A DNA stretch of 60,000 bases. Source: Amphiscolops sp. MND2022 (Eukaryota). The stretch is taken from NCBI GenBank assembly GCA_964187785.1, contig OZ076409.1, positions 23,562,001 to 23,622,000 on the forward strand, written 5' to 3'. This document shows positions 38,101-51,522 of this stretch, in pieces (position 1 is the stretch's first letter; every line of letters starts with the position of its first letter). Under the pieces are notes generated by a model. It made no database searches. It saw nothing but the letters and a program-made list of their open reading frames with translations, and had not been told where the DNA came from. The translations under genes were made by a program, and so were the position numbers.

Positions 38101-41100
38101 GAAGACTAGGTTAAAGAAATCAAAAGGAATGGGAATTATGGCTTGGTTACAAGATTACGGCTCCTGAAGGCACCAGCAGCTAGCAGTGAAAGATTAATGT
38201 TGTATTGACCCGAGCAGTGCCTGTTTCCCAAATTATTTCAACCCAAAATGTCCTAGAAAGGGATTCACAAAACGTTAAAGATACCTTAGCAGGTACCAGA
38301 CAAGTCGTTGGATAAGCTTTTTAACATTTCCAGTATGTTGAAGACAATTGAACATGCTGGAGAAAAGCATTGTTTCTCTATGGCGTGGTGAATTGAATCA
38401 AAGGAAATCAAAGTACATACCATTTGAACTGATGGCACTTCACAAAGAAACTTGTTGAGATGTCCATCAAGTGGTTGACCTGAACCGACAAACGTTCGAA
38501 CTATACCCAAAAACTAGCGAACACCGGGTTCAGTAGGAGAATGTAGACATAGAACAATTTTGTAGAAATCAGCGCACTAACAAAGACTTCTTTTTCTTGA
38601 GAGAATTCAAAGTAACAGGTTACTGCTGAGACCTTTGGTTGATTCCGTACGCTTTCCTAATGCTGAACTGGATGTTCTAGTTGATTCATAGCATTGTTTC
38701 CTCCAATAAATTTTTTGTTGCTCAAATAAGGTGGCCTCTTCTTAAAGGCTTCGTGGCTCATAATACGAAGAAGTTGCACTCCCAGTGCAAAATATCTTGA
38801 AACTTTTGCAAAGATTCTTACCAGGTGTTTCACAAAAATGTAAGATTGTTATCAAGAAGTTCAAGAGTTTTTTCACTGAGCTGTGCCTCTGGTTGTTCGT
38901 GAGTAATTATTCGCCTTCATTAAACGCGCTTCTTTCCAACTTCCATCGCTAAACTTGAGTAACTCTTTATGCAACCTTCAACACACAAATTGTAGCAGAA
39001 TGGGAGTGAAGGCGAATAGTTTCAAAGCAGAAAAAAATTTGTTATTGGTTCAAAAAAATTGGTAATGATGTAGGTATAACCAAATCGTTAAATTTACGTA
39101 CGGATTTCCTTTGGATCTCATGATTCTTTTTGATTTGGTAAGGTCGTCGGAGTTTGGTGTGCTGAAACGCTTTATCAAAACCATTTTCCTATTTATTTCG
39201 ATTTAAGAATAGCCAAACTTAACACAAATCGGTCTCGACGATTATTCGCAATACCCTTTGAAGGACGTCAACTAACTACTGAAATGTGCACCAAGTTATC
39301 AGGGACGCAGTGGGTGCTACCAGAGTGAAAAAACTTCGAAAAACAATGACTTCTGAGGAAATCCTAATTTACTTCAAGTTAGCTTTTCGGTCCTGAAACG
39401 CTCTATTAAAACCATTTTGCTACTTATTTCGATTTAAGAATTGCCAAACTCATTATCAATCGGTCTCACCGATTGATCGCAATAGCCTTTAAAGGACGTC
39501 AACTAACTACTGAAATGTGCACCAAGTTATCACGGACGCAGTGGGTGCTACCAGAGTGAAAAAAAAACTTCGAAAACGTTGACTTCTGAAAAAATCCTAA
39601 TTTATTTCAATTTAGCTTTTCTCAATAAAGAAAACTTTCGAGCTCCTCAAAACAAACTAAGATCTTCAAAACAGTTGTTGAAGTGTAAGTTAGGTTTGAA
39701 ATTGAACCTGAGATCTTCTAAACCATTTCCGAAGTTTGCCTTGCATGCATTTGGAACTGTGCCTCGTGTTTCTAAAGTCATCCAGCTCCGGGGTAATTAT
39801 CTTCGCGAAAAAAAGTATCGGAAAAAATGTCAATTAATGTAAAGCGTACTTTCGAAATGCGGATGAAAATGATAAGTGTGAGGACTAAGGAAGAAAATGG
39901 GAAACTCGGTACTACAACCAAAAGTTTCAAAAAACCATGCTAGCTAATTATTAGGAGTACTAATATGGCCAGGCACGAAAATGGAGGCAACAAGCAACGT
40001 GAAGGAAACAAGAGCATAGGGCTCAACAAGGGAATATTAGAGCATATGGCTCGATGAGAGATTAATACCGCATAAGACTCGATTAGGAGATTAACAGAGC
40101 GTAAGGCTCGAATAAAAAACCTTGAGGAACATAGGGTTTTATGAAATCAAAAAAAAACAAAGCAAATCTCGGAAACATCACAAACTGCGTCTAAGAGGAA
40201 TGCAAACATCGAAATTTAACGTTTGTTATGGCAAACGTCAAAAACGTCAAAAAAATAGACAAAGCATTACTGTAAATGTAGAACATTTTGGGCCTTCAGA
40301 ACTCAAAGCAGTTTTGTTCAAATAAATAGTTTCTCCATCAGTGGAATGGAAAACCATTCAAACAAATTGAATGAATCAGCACAAGAAAAAATGCAAAAAC
40401 AAAAAGCAAGATTTTCGGAATTGAGAGTACGTACAGCGCTGATGCTGGCTAAAAGTAAAGACGAATGGACGAAAAAGTGGCGCTGATGTCAGAAGACAAA
40501 GTTCACAACTGATGAATCTTGAATGGGTAACGGCAAGCCTTATCATTGTTTCTGCGACGCAAACCCGTGTCGTTACAGCGACGAACACCAACCCGTTACT
40601 GCAACGATGGAGTTGAAGATGAACAAGACGCCTGCTTAACACTGGGATATTTTCCACCTTATCAAAGAAAATCAGAATGAGGCGAGTTTCGAATTCAAAA
40701 CTGACTGATTGATAGGAACTGAAATAGTCAAGTAACTAAAATAGTCAAGTAGTGGATGGAGATCGTGAAGTTCTGGCAAAATTTACCATTAGTAACTACT
40801 TGACTGTTTTATTTAGAAAATAGTAAAGCAGGGATGGAAATGATAGAGACTTGGCAAAATTTGTAAAAAAAAAACGCATCACAGATAATGATTTTCTTCT
40901 CCCATTATATGTGGGCGGAAATTATAATAAGTAGAGGAACTAAGAAGGGATGTAAGGACTGAATACTCCAGCGGATTGCTTGACGTGCAGGAATCTCCGC
41001 ATCATATATGTCAATTTCCTCAAATTTTTCATATGTGCTGGGACAACTCTTCTAGATTTTAATATCTCGATAATGTCTTGCTGCGACAATACAAAGCTCA

Positions 41101-44100
41101 AAACAGTTCATTGTCTGGATTGATCGGATATTATTAAGCAAGAATTTTTTGTCTGAAAACTTGGTTGATGCTGGTATGAAGCTTCCATCTCTGACGTCAA
41201 CTAACTACTGAAATGTGCACCAAGTTATCACGGACGCAGTGGGTGCTGCCAGATGAAAAAAAACTTCGGAAACATTGACTTCTGAGAAAATCCTAATTTA
41301 CTTCAATTTAGTTTTTCTCAATAAAGAAAACTTTCGAGCTCCTCAAAACAAACTAAGATCTTCAAAACAGTTGATGAAGTGTAAGTTAGGTTTGAAATTG
41401 AACCTGAGATCTTCTAAACCATTTCCGAAGTTTGCCTTGCATGCATTTGGAACTGTGCCTCGTGTTTCTAAAGTCATCCAGCTCCGGGGTAAATATCTTC
41501 GCGAAAAAAAGTATCGGAAAAAATGTCAATTAATGTAAAGCGTACTTTCGAAATGCGGATGAAAATGATAAGTGTGAGGACTAAGGAAGAAATGGGGGAA
41601 ACTCGGTACTACAACCAAAAGTTCCGAAAAACCATGCTAGCTAATTATTAGGAGTACTAATATGGCCAGACACGAAAATGGAGGCGACAAGCAACGTGAA
41701 GGAAACAAGAGCAGAGGGCTCAACAAGGGAATATTAGAGCATATGGCTCGATGAGAGATTAATACCGCATAAGACTCGATTAGGAGATTAACAGAGCGTA
41801 AGGCTCGAATAAAAAACCTTGAGGGAACATAGGGTTTTATGAAATCAAAAAAAAACAAAGCAAATCTCGGAAAAATCACAAACTGCGTCTAAGAGGAATG
41901 CAAACATCGAAATTTAACGTTTGTTATGGCAAACGTCAAAAACGTCAAAAAAAGACAAAGCATTACTGTAAATGTAGAACATTTTGGGCCTTCAGAACTC
42001 AAAGCAGTTTTGTTCAAATAAATAGTTTCTCCATCAGTGGAATTGAAAACCATTCAAACAAATTGAATGAATCAGCACAAGAAAAAATGCAAAAACAAAA
42101 AGCAAGATTTTCGGAATTGAGAGTACGTACAGCGCTGATGCTGGCTAAAAGTAAAGACGAATGGACGAAAAAGTGGCGCTGATGTCAGAAGACAAAGTTC
42201 ACAACTGATGAATCTTGAATGGGTAACGGCAAGCCTTATCATTGTTTCTGCGACGCAAACCCGTGTCGTTACAGCGACGAACACCAACCCGTTACTGCAA
42301 CGATGGAGTTGAAGATGAACAAGACGCCTGCTTAACACTGGGATATTTTCCGCCTTATCAAAGAAAATCAGAATGAGGCGAGATTCGAATTCAAAACTGA
42401 CTGATTGATAGGAACTGAAATAGTCAAGTAACTAAAATAGTCAAGTAGTGGATGGAGATCGTGAAGTTTTGACAAAATTTACCATTAGTAACTACTTGAC
42501 TGTTTTATTTAGAAAATAGTAAAGCAGGGATGGAAATGATAGAGATTTGGCAAAATTTGTAAAAAAAAAACGCATCACAGATAATGATTTTCTTCTCCCA
42601 TTATATGTGGGCGGAAATTATAATAAGTAGAGGAACTAAGAAGGGATGTAAGGACTGAATACTCCAGCGGATTGCTTGACGTGCAGGAATCTCCGCATCA
42701 TATATGTCAATTTTCTCAAATTTTTCATATGTGCTGGGACAACTCTTCTAGATTTTAATATCTCGATAATGTCTTGCTGCGACAATACAAAGCTCAAAAC
42801 AGTTCTTTGTCTGGATTGATCGGATAATATTAAGCAAGAATTTTTTGTCTGAAAACTTGGTTGATGCTGGTATTAAGCTTCCATCTCTGACGTCAACTAA
42901 CTACTGAAATGTGCACCAAGTTATCACGGACGCAGTGGGTGCTGCCAGAGTGAAAAAAACTTCGGAAACATTGACTTCTGAGAAAATCCTAATTTACTTC
43001 AATTTAGTTTTTCTCATCAAAGAAAACTTTCGAGCTCCTCAAAACAAACTAAGATCTTCAAAACAGTTGATGAAGTGTAAGTTAGGTTTGAAATTGCCCC
43101 TGAGATCTTCTAAACCTTTTTCGAAGTTTGAGTTGCATGTATTTGGAACTGTGCCTCGTGTCTCTAAAGTCATCCAGCTCCGGGAAATTTATCTTTGCGA
43201 AAAAAAGTATCGGAAAAATTGTCAATTAAGGTAGAGCGTACTTTCGAAAAGCGGATGAAAATGATAAGTGTGAGGACTAAAGAAGGAAATGGGAAACTCG
43301 GTACTACAACCAAAAATTCCGAAAAACCATGCTAGCTAATTATTAGGAGTACTAATATGGCCAGGCACGAAAATGGAGGCAACAAGCAACGTGAAGGAAA
43401 CAAGAGCATAGGGCTCAACAAGGGAATATTAGAGCATATGGCTCGATGAGAGATTAATACCGCATAAGACTCGATTAGAAGATTAACAGAGGGTAAGGCT
43501 GGAACAAAAATCTTGAGGGAACATAGGGTTTCATGAAATCAAAAAAAAGCAAACCTCGGAAAAGTCACAAACTGCGTCTAAGAGGAATGCAAACATCGAA
43601 ATGTAACGTTTGGTATGGTAAACGTCAAAAACGTCAAAAAAATAGACAAAGCATTACTGTAAATGTAGAACATTTTGAGCCTTTAGAAATCAAAGCAGTT
43701 TTGTTCAAATAAATAGTTTCTCCATCAGTGGAATGGAAAACAATTCAAACAAATTGAATGAATCAGCACAGGAAAAAATGCAAAAACAAAAAGCAAGATT
43801 TTCGGAATTGAGAGTACGTACAGCGCTGATGCTGGCTAAAAGTAAAGACGAATGGACGAAAAAGTGGCACTGATGTCAGAAGACAAAGTTCACAACTGAC
43901 GAATCTTGAATGGGCATTGTTTCTGCGACGCAAACCCGTGTTGTTACAGCGACGAACACCAACCCGTTACTGCAACGATGGAGTTGAAGATGAACAAGAC
44001 GCCCGCTGAACACTGGGATATTTTCCGCCTTATCAAAGAAAATCAGGATGAGGCGAGATTCGAATTCAAAACTGACTGATTGATAGGAACTGAAATAGTC

Positions 44101-45058
44101 AAGTAACTAAAATAGTCAAGTAGTGGATGGAGATCGTGAAGTTTTGGCAGAATTTACCATTAGTAACTACTTGACTATTTTATTTAGAAAATAGTCAAGC
44201 AGGGATGGAAATGATAGAGATTTGGCAAAATTTGTAAAAAAAACGCATCACAGATAATGATTTTCCTCTCCCAATATATGTGGGCGGAAATAATAATAAG
44301 TAGAGGAACTAAGAAGGGATGTAAGGACTGAATACTCCAGCGGGTTGCATAACGTGCAGGAATCTCCGCATCACATATGTCAATTTTCTGAATTTTTTCA
44401 TATGTGCTGGGACAACTTTTCTTGTTTTTAAAATCTCGATAATGTCTTGCTGCGACAATACAAAGCTCAAAACAGTTCATTGTCTTGATTGATCGGATAA
44501 TATTAAGCAAGAATTTTTTGTCTGAAAACTTGGTTGATGCTGGTATGAAGCTTCCATCTCTGACGTCAAGTAACTACTGAAACGTGCACCAAGTTATCAC
44601 GGACGCAGCGGGTGCTGACAGAGTGAAAAAAACTTCGGAAACATTGATTTCTGAGAAAATCCTAATTTACTTCAATTTAGCATTTCTCAATAAAGAAAAC
44701 TTTCGAGCTCCTCAAAACAATCTAAGATCTTCAAAACAGTTGATGAAGTGTAAGTTAGGTTTGAAATTGCCCCTGAGATCTTCTAAACCTCTTTCGAAGT
44801 TTGAGTTGCATGCATTTGGAACTGTGCCTCGTGTCTCTAAAGTCATCCAGCTCCGAGAAATTCATCTTTGCGAAAAAAAGTATCGGAAAAATTGTCAATT
44901 AAGGTAGAGCGTACTTCCGAAAAGCGGATGAAAATGATAAGTGTGAGGACTAAGGAAGAAAATGGGAAAATCGGTACTACAACCAAAAGTTCTGAAAAAC
45001 CATGCTAGCTAATTATTAGGAGTACTAATATGGCCAGGCATGAAAATGGAGGCAACAA
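35170..45058. repeat. Nested macro-satellite / segmental repeat array
   Basis: 35170-37815 repeats at 38564-40988. ~230-bp subrepeats occur x3 (35765-36450) and x2 (39160-39620). A ~1.68-kb unit is repeated in tandem (anchors CTGACGTCAA at 41191, 42887, 44560). The same 87-107 aa ORF occurs five times. Confidence 0.92.
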
Positions 45059-45061
45059 CAC

Positions 45062-45481
45062 CCTCTGTTAATAATCAGCTTGCATTTTTGAGTTGAAACA
45101 AACCTCAATTTCCAATTCAGTAGCTGGTTTGTATAATAAAACTCACAAGAATAATTGGATTTTCAAACTAGGTGCCTCTTGTAAGTTTTTGATACTTAAT
45201 GAATAGAGGTTCGGATAAACGTTTATCAGGAAAACAATAGGGTCGAGGATAGTTCTTCTTGGTTTGAAAGCAATAGTTTTCAAGTGACTTCGTCTGGTGT
45301 TTTCTTCGAAATCGTAATCATTGCTGTCTGTTGTGTTCTCTTTTGTTGTTTCTGAGTCAAGTTGGGAATTTACCTCGCGGTTGTTTGAATGATCTCTGTG
45401 TTTTTGGCGTAAGTGTTTGTTCAGATTTCGCTTGTGTTTGTTACATTTCAAGCAAGTTTCACAACAAAATTTTCGGTCCAT
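45062..45481 (-). pseudogene. C2H2 zinc finger followed by a fragment resembling the N-terminus of Maverick/Polinton-type polB proteins
   Basis: CETCLKCNKHKRNLNKHLRQKH, then D..FL...KIQLFL*VLLYK...EVCFNSK. Truncated at the satellite boundary; family assignment is from motif recall only. Confidence 0.4.
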
Positions 45482-46689
45482 AATGGCGGAGCCACTGGAA
45501 AGGGAGAATATTGAACTTGTACTTTGCAACAAATGTTTCCAGTCTGTTTTTCGGTAACATTCAGTAGGTATTGGTCAAAATCTTGGAAATTTGAGTAAGT
45601 CACTTCCTAATGGCCATAATTTTAAATATGTTTCCCTGTTACGATCTGCTTCACATGGAATTTACAATCGTTCATGTTTCAAGACATTCTGTGAATTAGT
45701 TGTAGTCTTTCCGAAAAGTTCTGTTCTTGACCTCAGAAAAGCTATTTCTACTGAAATTAGGGAATATAAACGAATATGAACTAAAGTGTAACTCATTTGT
45801 TATTTGTTTAGGTATAGTTTTAGTTGCAGTTATAGTTAATCTATTTTTTGACCTCAGAAAGAGACCTCCTCTTGAAAAGCGTTAGATGACTAGCAAGTTT
45901 CAGTTAAAGTGAAGTTTTTTTGAACTCAAGAAGTTGTTTTTCTCCGGACATTAGAATGATACGAAACACTAGTGAATTTCGAAATAACTCTGAGTCTCAA
46001 GACATTTCTCATGTTCATAGTAATGCTTTTAGTTGAATAATTTTTGAACTCAGGAAAGTCATCTTCTTTTGGAAAAAAAGGAAACAACAGCAATATTCAA
46101 TTGAAATACTGAGTCTTGATTTATTAGTGTCAATATTTGCTCGTAAATGTTATATACAAAGTCATTGACAACATACCTTCGTTAGGTATAAATCATAAAT
46201 TATTGAATTTCAACACTTTGTTTCATAATTGAATTGGAACGAAACCTTTATTACACTAAAATCACTCCCATGCCTTGACTTTTGCTTCATTTTCTAAGCA
46301 TCTGACACATGCTTCAAGAAACGCTCGAGGAGTTCAAGTAATTATCACCAAGTCAGGTAAATAGGACATGGTTCATGGCATGGATGATTATTCCATATTC
46401 ACGCTTTACGCTCTCTACCAACTGAAAAGATAGGCTACAACGGACTTGCTCGTGTCCTGGTAAGTTGTCTCCATCCACATAAAATTGGGTTGGGTTACTG
46501 TAGTTGATGAGTTTGCTAAAACTCGTATTAAGGGAGTGCAAACAGTATTAATTTTTATACAATTTACTTAAGAATTCAGATGCAATTCCATAACTTGAAG
46601 TGGTTTCCACTATACGTGAAAAAATGTTCACTATAATAGCAGTAGTCATTCATGAAAAGGACCTTATTTTATTAACTTTAACTGAAAGG

Positions 46690-49600
46690 TAGTTGCAACC
46701 ATCCCATTGTCGCCTCCGCAGTCTCTCCCGACTTGTTGCATAGCATAGTTGACGTATGTTGGCGAACTCTTAGCTCCAAAAATGTGTCTTTCATATTCAA
46801 ACACAGATATAGGTTCAGTGTTGTTTTCTCTCCACAAAAATTGAAGTACTTTACAATCTACAGGTGGTACTTTCACTTGGAGAAATATCGCTTCAACATC
46901 TGCTGTCAAGGCAAATTGCTTCTCTCTGAATCTGAAGATAATTCTTATCAACGATTGTAGGAGGTCTGGACTGGCCATCAAGTTATCATTAAGTGAAACA
47001 CCTCCGAACTTTGAGGCAGCGTTGCACACTCGTCTCACCTTGTCTGGTTTGTTCGGGCTCAGCACAGGCAGATGCGGAACATTCCACTAAAGGTCTGATT
47101 TAATGTTTTCAATCTCTGCTTCATCCAGAGTTCTCACAAATCGCTTTTGTACGTCCACATCAATTGTCTCTTTGTAGCGCTGTTTCAAATTCTCATCCTT
47201 TTCCAGTCGGCGTTCGAGAGACTTCAATTGACACACTGCTGAACTGTATTTGTTTGGCAAATGCGGCTTTGCTTTTTTCCAAAGTATTCCGACATCATAC
47301 CTCTCTCCATCGAACTTTGTGGTTGCCTTGAGCATTTCGAGGGTCTTGTTATCCTCCTTGGACCTTCCGGATGCGCTGCAGTTGAGAGCATACGATTCCA
47401 TGCTCCACCAAGTTTTAACTTGATCCGCAAGTTTTGCTGTCTCATGTTGGGGCAAGGGTCCACTGAGCACCCATCCCAGTTTCGTTTGCACTGCCCAGGG
47501 CTCTGCGTTTCCACACTTTCTTTGGTCGATTGCTCTATGCAAGTGGTAGCAATCTTGGCCCAAGATAACTTTCACTTCTCCCAAGTTGATGGTAGAATCT
47601 TTCTAAACTGACAGGTGAGGATACGTTTATTTCAATTTCTTGAGGTTGTACGTTCGATTTCCCGCGTTTACGTTGGGATGACTATAGGCAATGCTATCTT
47701 CATTGACCCTCCCGTCTTGATCTCCAATCTTGACTTGAAGTCGTTTGCTACTAATATCTGACGTACCATGAATCCCAATATTCAAATCCACTGGCTGTCC
47801 CGAAAGATTTAGCCCTTTCATCAGGCTTTCGTCCACAAAAGACAAGCTTGCTCCAGAGTCACACAAAGCGAAAGTTTTCAGCGTTTTGCTCCCACTCCCT
47901 ATCGTTACTGGAATGACTGGAAGCACTCCACGGCTTCTCATTGAGGACAAGTTGGAGACCTCATCGACATTTTCAACATTTTTCTTTTGTTCCACGTTCT
48001 TGTATCGTCTGTGTGGCAATCTGTGATGGGGTTTTCCGCAACCATTTACGTCGCAGAGTCTACCAAAACAATTTCTCATCTGATGCGCGTCTGACAAACA
48101 TTTGATGCACAATTTCAACTCTTTCGCCTTTTGTCCTCTTTCTTCGACGTTCATCTTCTTGAACTTCTCACATTTCCATAATCGATGTTTGCCGTCTTTC
48201 AACACACACTCCCTCTGGTTCTTCGAGTTGGCACTGGCTGTGTTTGTTGTTGATGTGGCAAACGTAGAGACTTTGGCCTTTTCTTTGTGGCTTGACTTCG
48301 CGCGATCAGCATTCGGGTTTGAAGACAGAAGCAGTTCATCTTGCATCTCTGCTATATCCCCGGGCCATTCACTGAACACAGCGAGTCCCGGTTGATACAG
48401 GTTCATTTGCTTGACATAATGAGCCACTTCGTTTTCATGTCCAGTGTTAACTTGCTTGTGGCGCTTCCCAGAACTCCCTCTGAGTTCAAGTCTCCCATGT
48501 AGTTGAATTGTGTCAGAACATTCACGCAACTCGACACTATTCTCGCATACTTGATCAAAGCGGCTCCGTCATAAAGTTTCATCGGTGGAAAGGAGTAAAT
48601 TTTCTTTAGTTGAGCATTCACAACCATTTGAGGTTTTCCAAAACTTCGAACTAGAACGTTCCACGCCACATTGTACATTTCAGCGGTGTACCCAAGGCTA
48701 GCAATCGCCTCTTTGGCTTTGCCCGTGACCATTGTTTTCTGGTGATTCATCTTTACACTGTCGTCCATGTTTGCTGCGTGGACGGTTGTTTGAAATAGTT
48801 GTGACCACTCTGGCCACTCCAATGGGTCACCTGAAAATTCTGCCAACTTCAGTTTTGGCAAGCTAGATCTGATGTAGTAGTCTTCTCTTACTTTTGAAGC
48901 AATGTTTGGCCCTTGACTTGGCATATACTGCTTCTGTGTGTTCGCAAGCTGTGGTACTTGAAATGCACCACTCGAGATGCCTGCAAACGTAGGTGGTAAC
49001 TGATTCTGGTCTGCACTGAGAGTCATCGACGGCTTCGATGAGGCGAACTTCACCTCTGGTTGTGCTGTTGCTCTTTGACTGCCAACATTTATGACAGTCT
49101 TTGTTCTGTCCTTTCCAGTCCCTCGCATACGGCTTTTGTGGATATGGTCGGTTTCACCGAGTTTTCAAGTCCCTCACTAGCGCGGAGCATTGTCCTCCAT
49201 GCTTCGATTGTACTGTAATCACTGGTGCTGAGACGGACGTTTGCTGGTATACAGATGGCACGTTAATCGACGATGCCACGTTTTCAGCTTCTTAGGTCTT
49301 ATCCATCCAATCTGAGACTTTCGTCAGATTGTCGTCTGGAGTCTCGACTGGTGAGATATTTCTGAAACTAGACCCACAACTATTCGAAACTATCGCCATC
49401 TCTCTTCCTTTTCAGCAATTCTGGCCTTGCGGGCCACGTCATCTCGCAAGTCTGCTATCTCCTTTTTTTCGCTTCTCGTTCCAGTTGTTTTGCCTCTCGT
49501 TCCAGCTTCTCAAGGAGCTTTTGCAGTTCTTCGTGCTCTTTCAGAGCTTCCAGCTCCAAATGCATAACTCGTATAGCACTTGATGTTTTTGAAATCACTG

Positions 49601-50420
49601 AGGTTTTGTTGTTTTTGTTCTTTCCACCTTGCGAACTTATGCTCATTTCTTCTATTGGCATTGATCTAGCCCAGTTTTATGGCTCTTGGCTGTCATCCGC
49701 GTTGTGACCATCGTGTTGCGTTTGCTCATTGTCTGGTTGTGGTTCCTTTTGTGGTGAGGTACAATTTTTACTGGATTTGTCTGCTGCCATGCTTGGACAA
49801 ACGTATGCTAGTCTTTGTTCGGCGTCTTCAAGGCTTCAGGAAATGGCTCCAGCTTCTCTTGAATTCAGGAGAGCTTCAATTCTTGACATGCTGCTGCATA
49901 ATCTTCTTCGGCGTCCTCGTTGTTTTCAATTCGTTCATCGCGCAACTTTTTGTTGAGAACGATTCTTTCATCAATAGCACGTTTCTTTCCTTCAAGTTCC
50001 AAATAGTTTAGTATCTGACTTTCATCTTGCAATGCTGACATCAGTATTATCAATCTTCCAATGTTAGAGTTTTTTCGCTGCAACTCAACAAATCAGCTCT
50101 GCATCGCTTTCATCACAGTTGAGAACATTTCGGGTAACTGTGGTTGGTATTTGACTTTGATTGCATTTTGGATTGCCTTAATGAGTCGTTCTCGCCTGTT
50201 TATGGCATCTATTCGTCGTAACAGTAGCTCTGCTATCTAATTGTTGTCATCATTGCTAGCTAGGTTTTCATCAATTCCTATGATCGTATTGCCGTGCTCG
50301 ACAGCTGCATTCCAATAACTCAAAGTTTCGGCCTTGTCTGCAGAGTTCTTCAAAAATTTTTCAACTTTGTTGATATCAAACCGCTTTGGTTGAGCCACTT
50401 CCTCTCTTCTTGATTGAACT
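46690..50420 (-). pseudogene. BEL/Pao gag-protease-partial RT, many stops and frameshifts
   Basis: ORF fragments 46664-47065, 47087-47584, 47627-48529, 48403-49128, 49865-50083; ends before the YxDD motif. Confidence 0.9.
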
Positions 50421-50427
50421 CAGTTCC

Positions 50428-51186
50428 CAAAGTCACAATAGCCCAAACTCCCAGAGTTACAGTTGCCCAATCTCCCAGAGACACAGTAGCCCAATCTCCC
50501 AGAGACACAGTAACCCAACCTACCAGAGATACAATAGCCCAATCTCCCAGAGACAGGGTAGCCCAATCTCCCAGAGACACAGTAGCCCAATCTCCCAGAG
50601 AGACAGTAGCCCAATCTCCGAGAGACACAGTAGCCCAATCTCCCAGAGACACAGTAGCCCAATCTCCCAAAGACACAGTAGCCCAATCTCCCGAACACAC
50701 AGTAGCCCAATCTCCCAGAGGCACAGTAGCACAATCTTCCAGAGACACAGTAGCCCAATCTCCCAGAGACACAGTAGCCGAATGTCACAGAGACAGAGTA
50801 GCCCAATCTCCCAGAGACACAGTAGCCCAATCTCCCAAAGACACAGTAGCCCAATCTCCCAAAGAACAGTAGCCCAATCTCCCGGAGACACAGTAGCACA
50901 ATCTCCCAGGAACACAGTAGCCCAATCTCCCAGAGACACAGTAGCCCAATCTCCCGGAGACACAGTAGCCCAATCTCACAGAGACACAGTAGCCCAATCT
51001 CCCAGAGACACAGTAGCCCAATCTCCCAAAGACACAGTAGCCCAATCTCCCAAAGAAACAGTAGCCCAATCTCCCAGAGACACAGTAGCACAATCTCCCA
51101 GAAACACAGTAGCCCAATCGCCCAGAGACACAGTAGCCCAATCTTCCAAAGACACAGTAGCCCAATCTCCCAGAGACACAAAGTCA
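50428..51186. repeat. 24-bp minisatellite (~31 copies)
   Basis: (AGAGACACAGTAGCCCAATCTCCC)n. Confidence 0.97.
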
Positions 51187-51317
51187 GAGCCTCTAAGAAT
51201 CAGACACTTGTTCTTCCTGGGCAATCTTCTCAGTTGTCCACCAACGAGTCGTCTTCGTCCTCGTTTTCTTTTTGTCCGGGTCGTCCACCAACGAGTTGTC
51301 CGGGTCGGCGGACCAAA

Positions 51318-51522
51318 TGTTACGGCTGCTTGCTCTTATCCTGCGCTGAGGCTCGACAAACTTTACGCCGCCCTGATCCGTTGCTTAGTACTGTGGACCG
51401 TTACTAAGCAAATCCTAGTTTCTTGTTTAAAGGACTGTATCTTGTGACTGGTGGGTCCGACGTGACCCGTGGAATCTCCTGCGATTCCTCTTTGCAGTTG
51501 TTTGGATCCGATGTGACCCGTA
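51318..51522 (-). repeat. Duplicated BEL/Pao 5' LTR lacking terminal 3 bp
   Basis: Near-identical to 54948-55152; fused directly to pre-protease sequence. Confidence 0.9.

Noticed and set aside
50350..51447. Long repetitive ORFs and a CRISPR-like appearance of the 24-bp array
   Set aside because: Head-to-tail units have no unique spacers and there are no cas genes; the ORFs are by-products of a stop-poor 24-mer.
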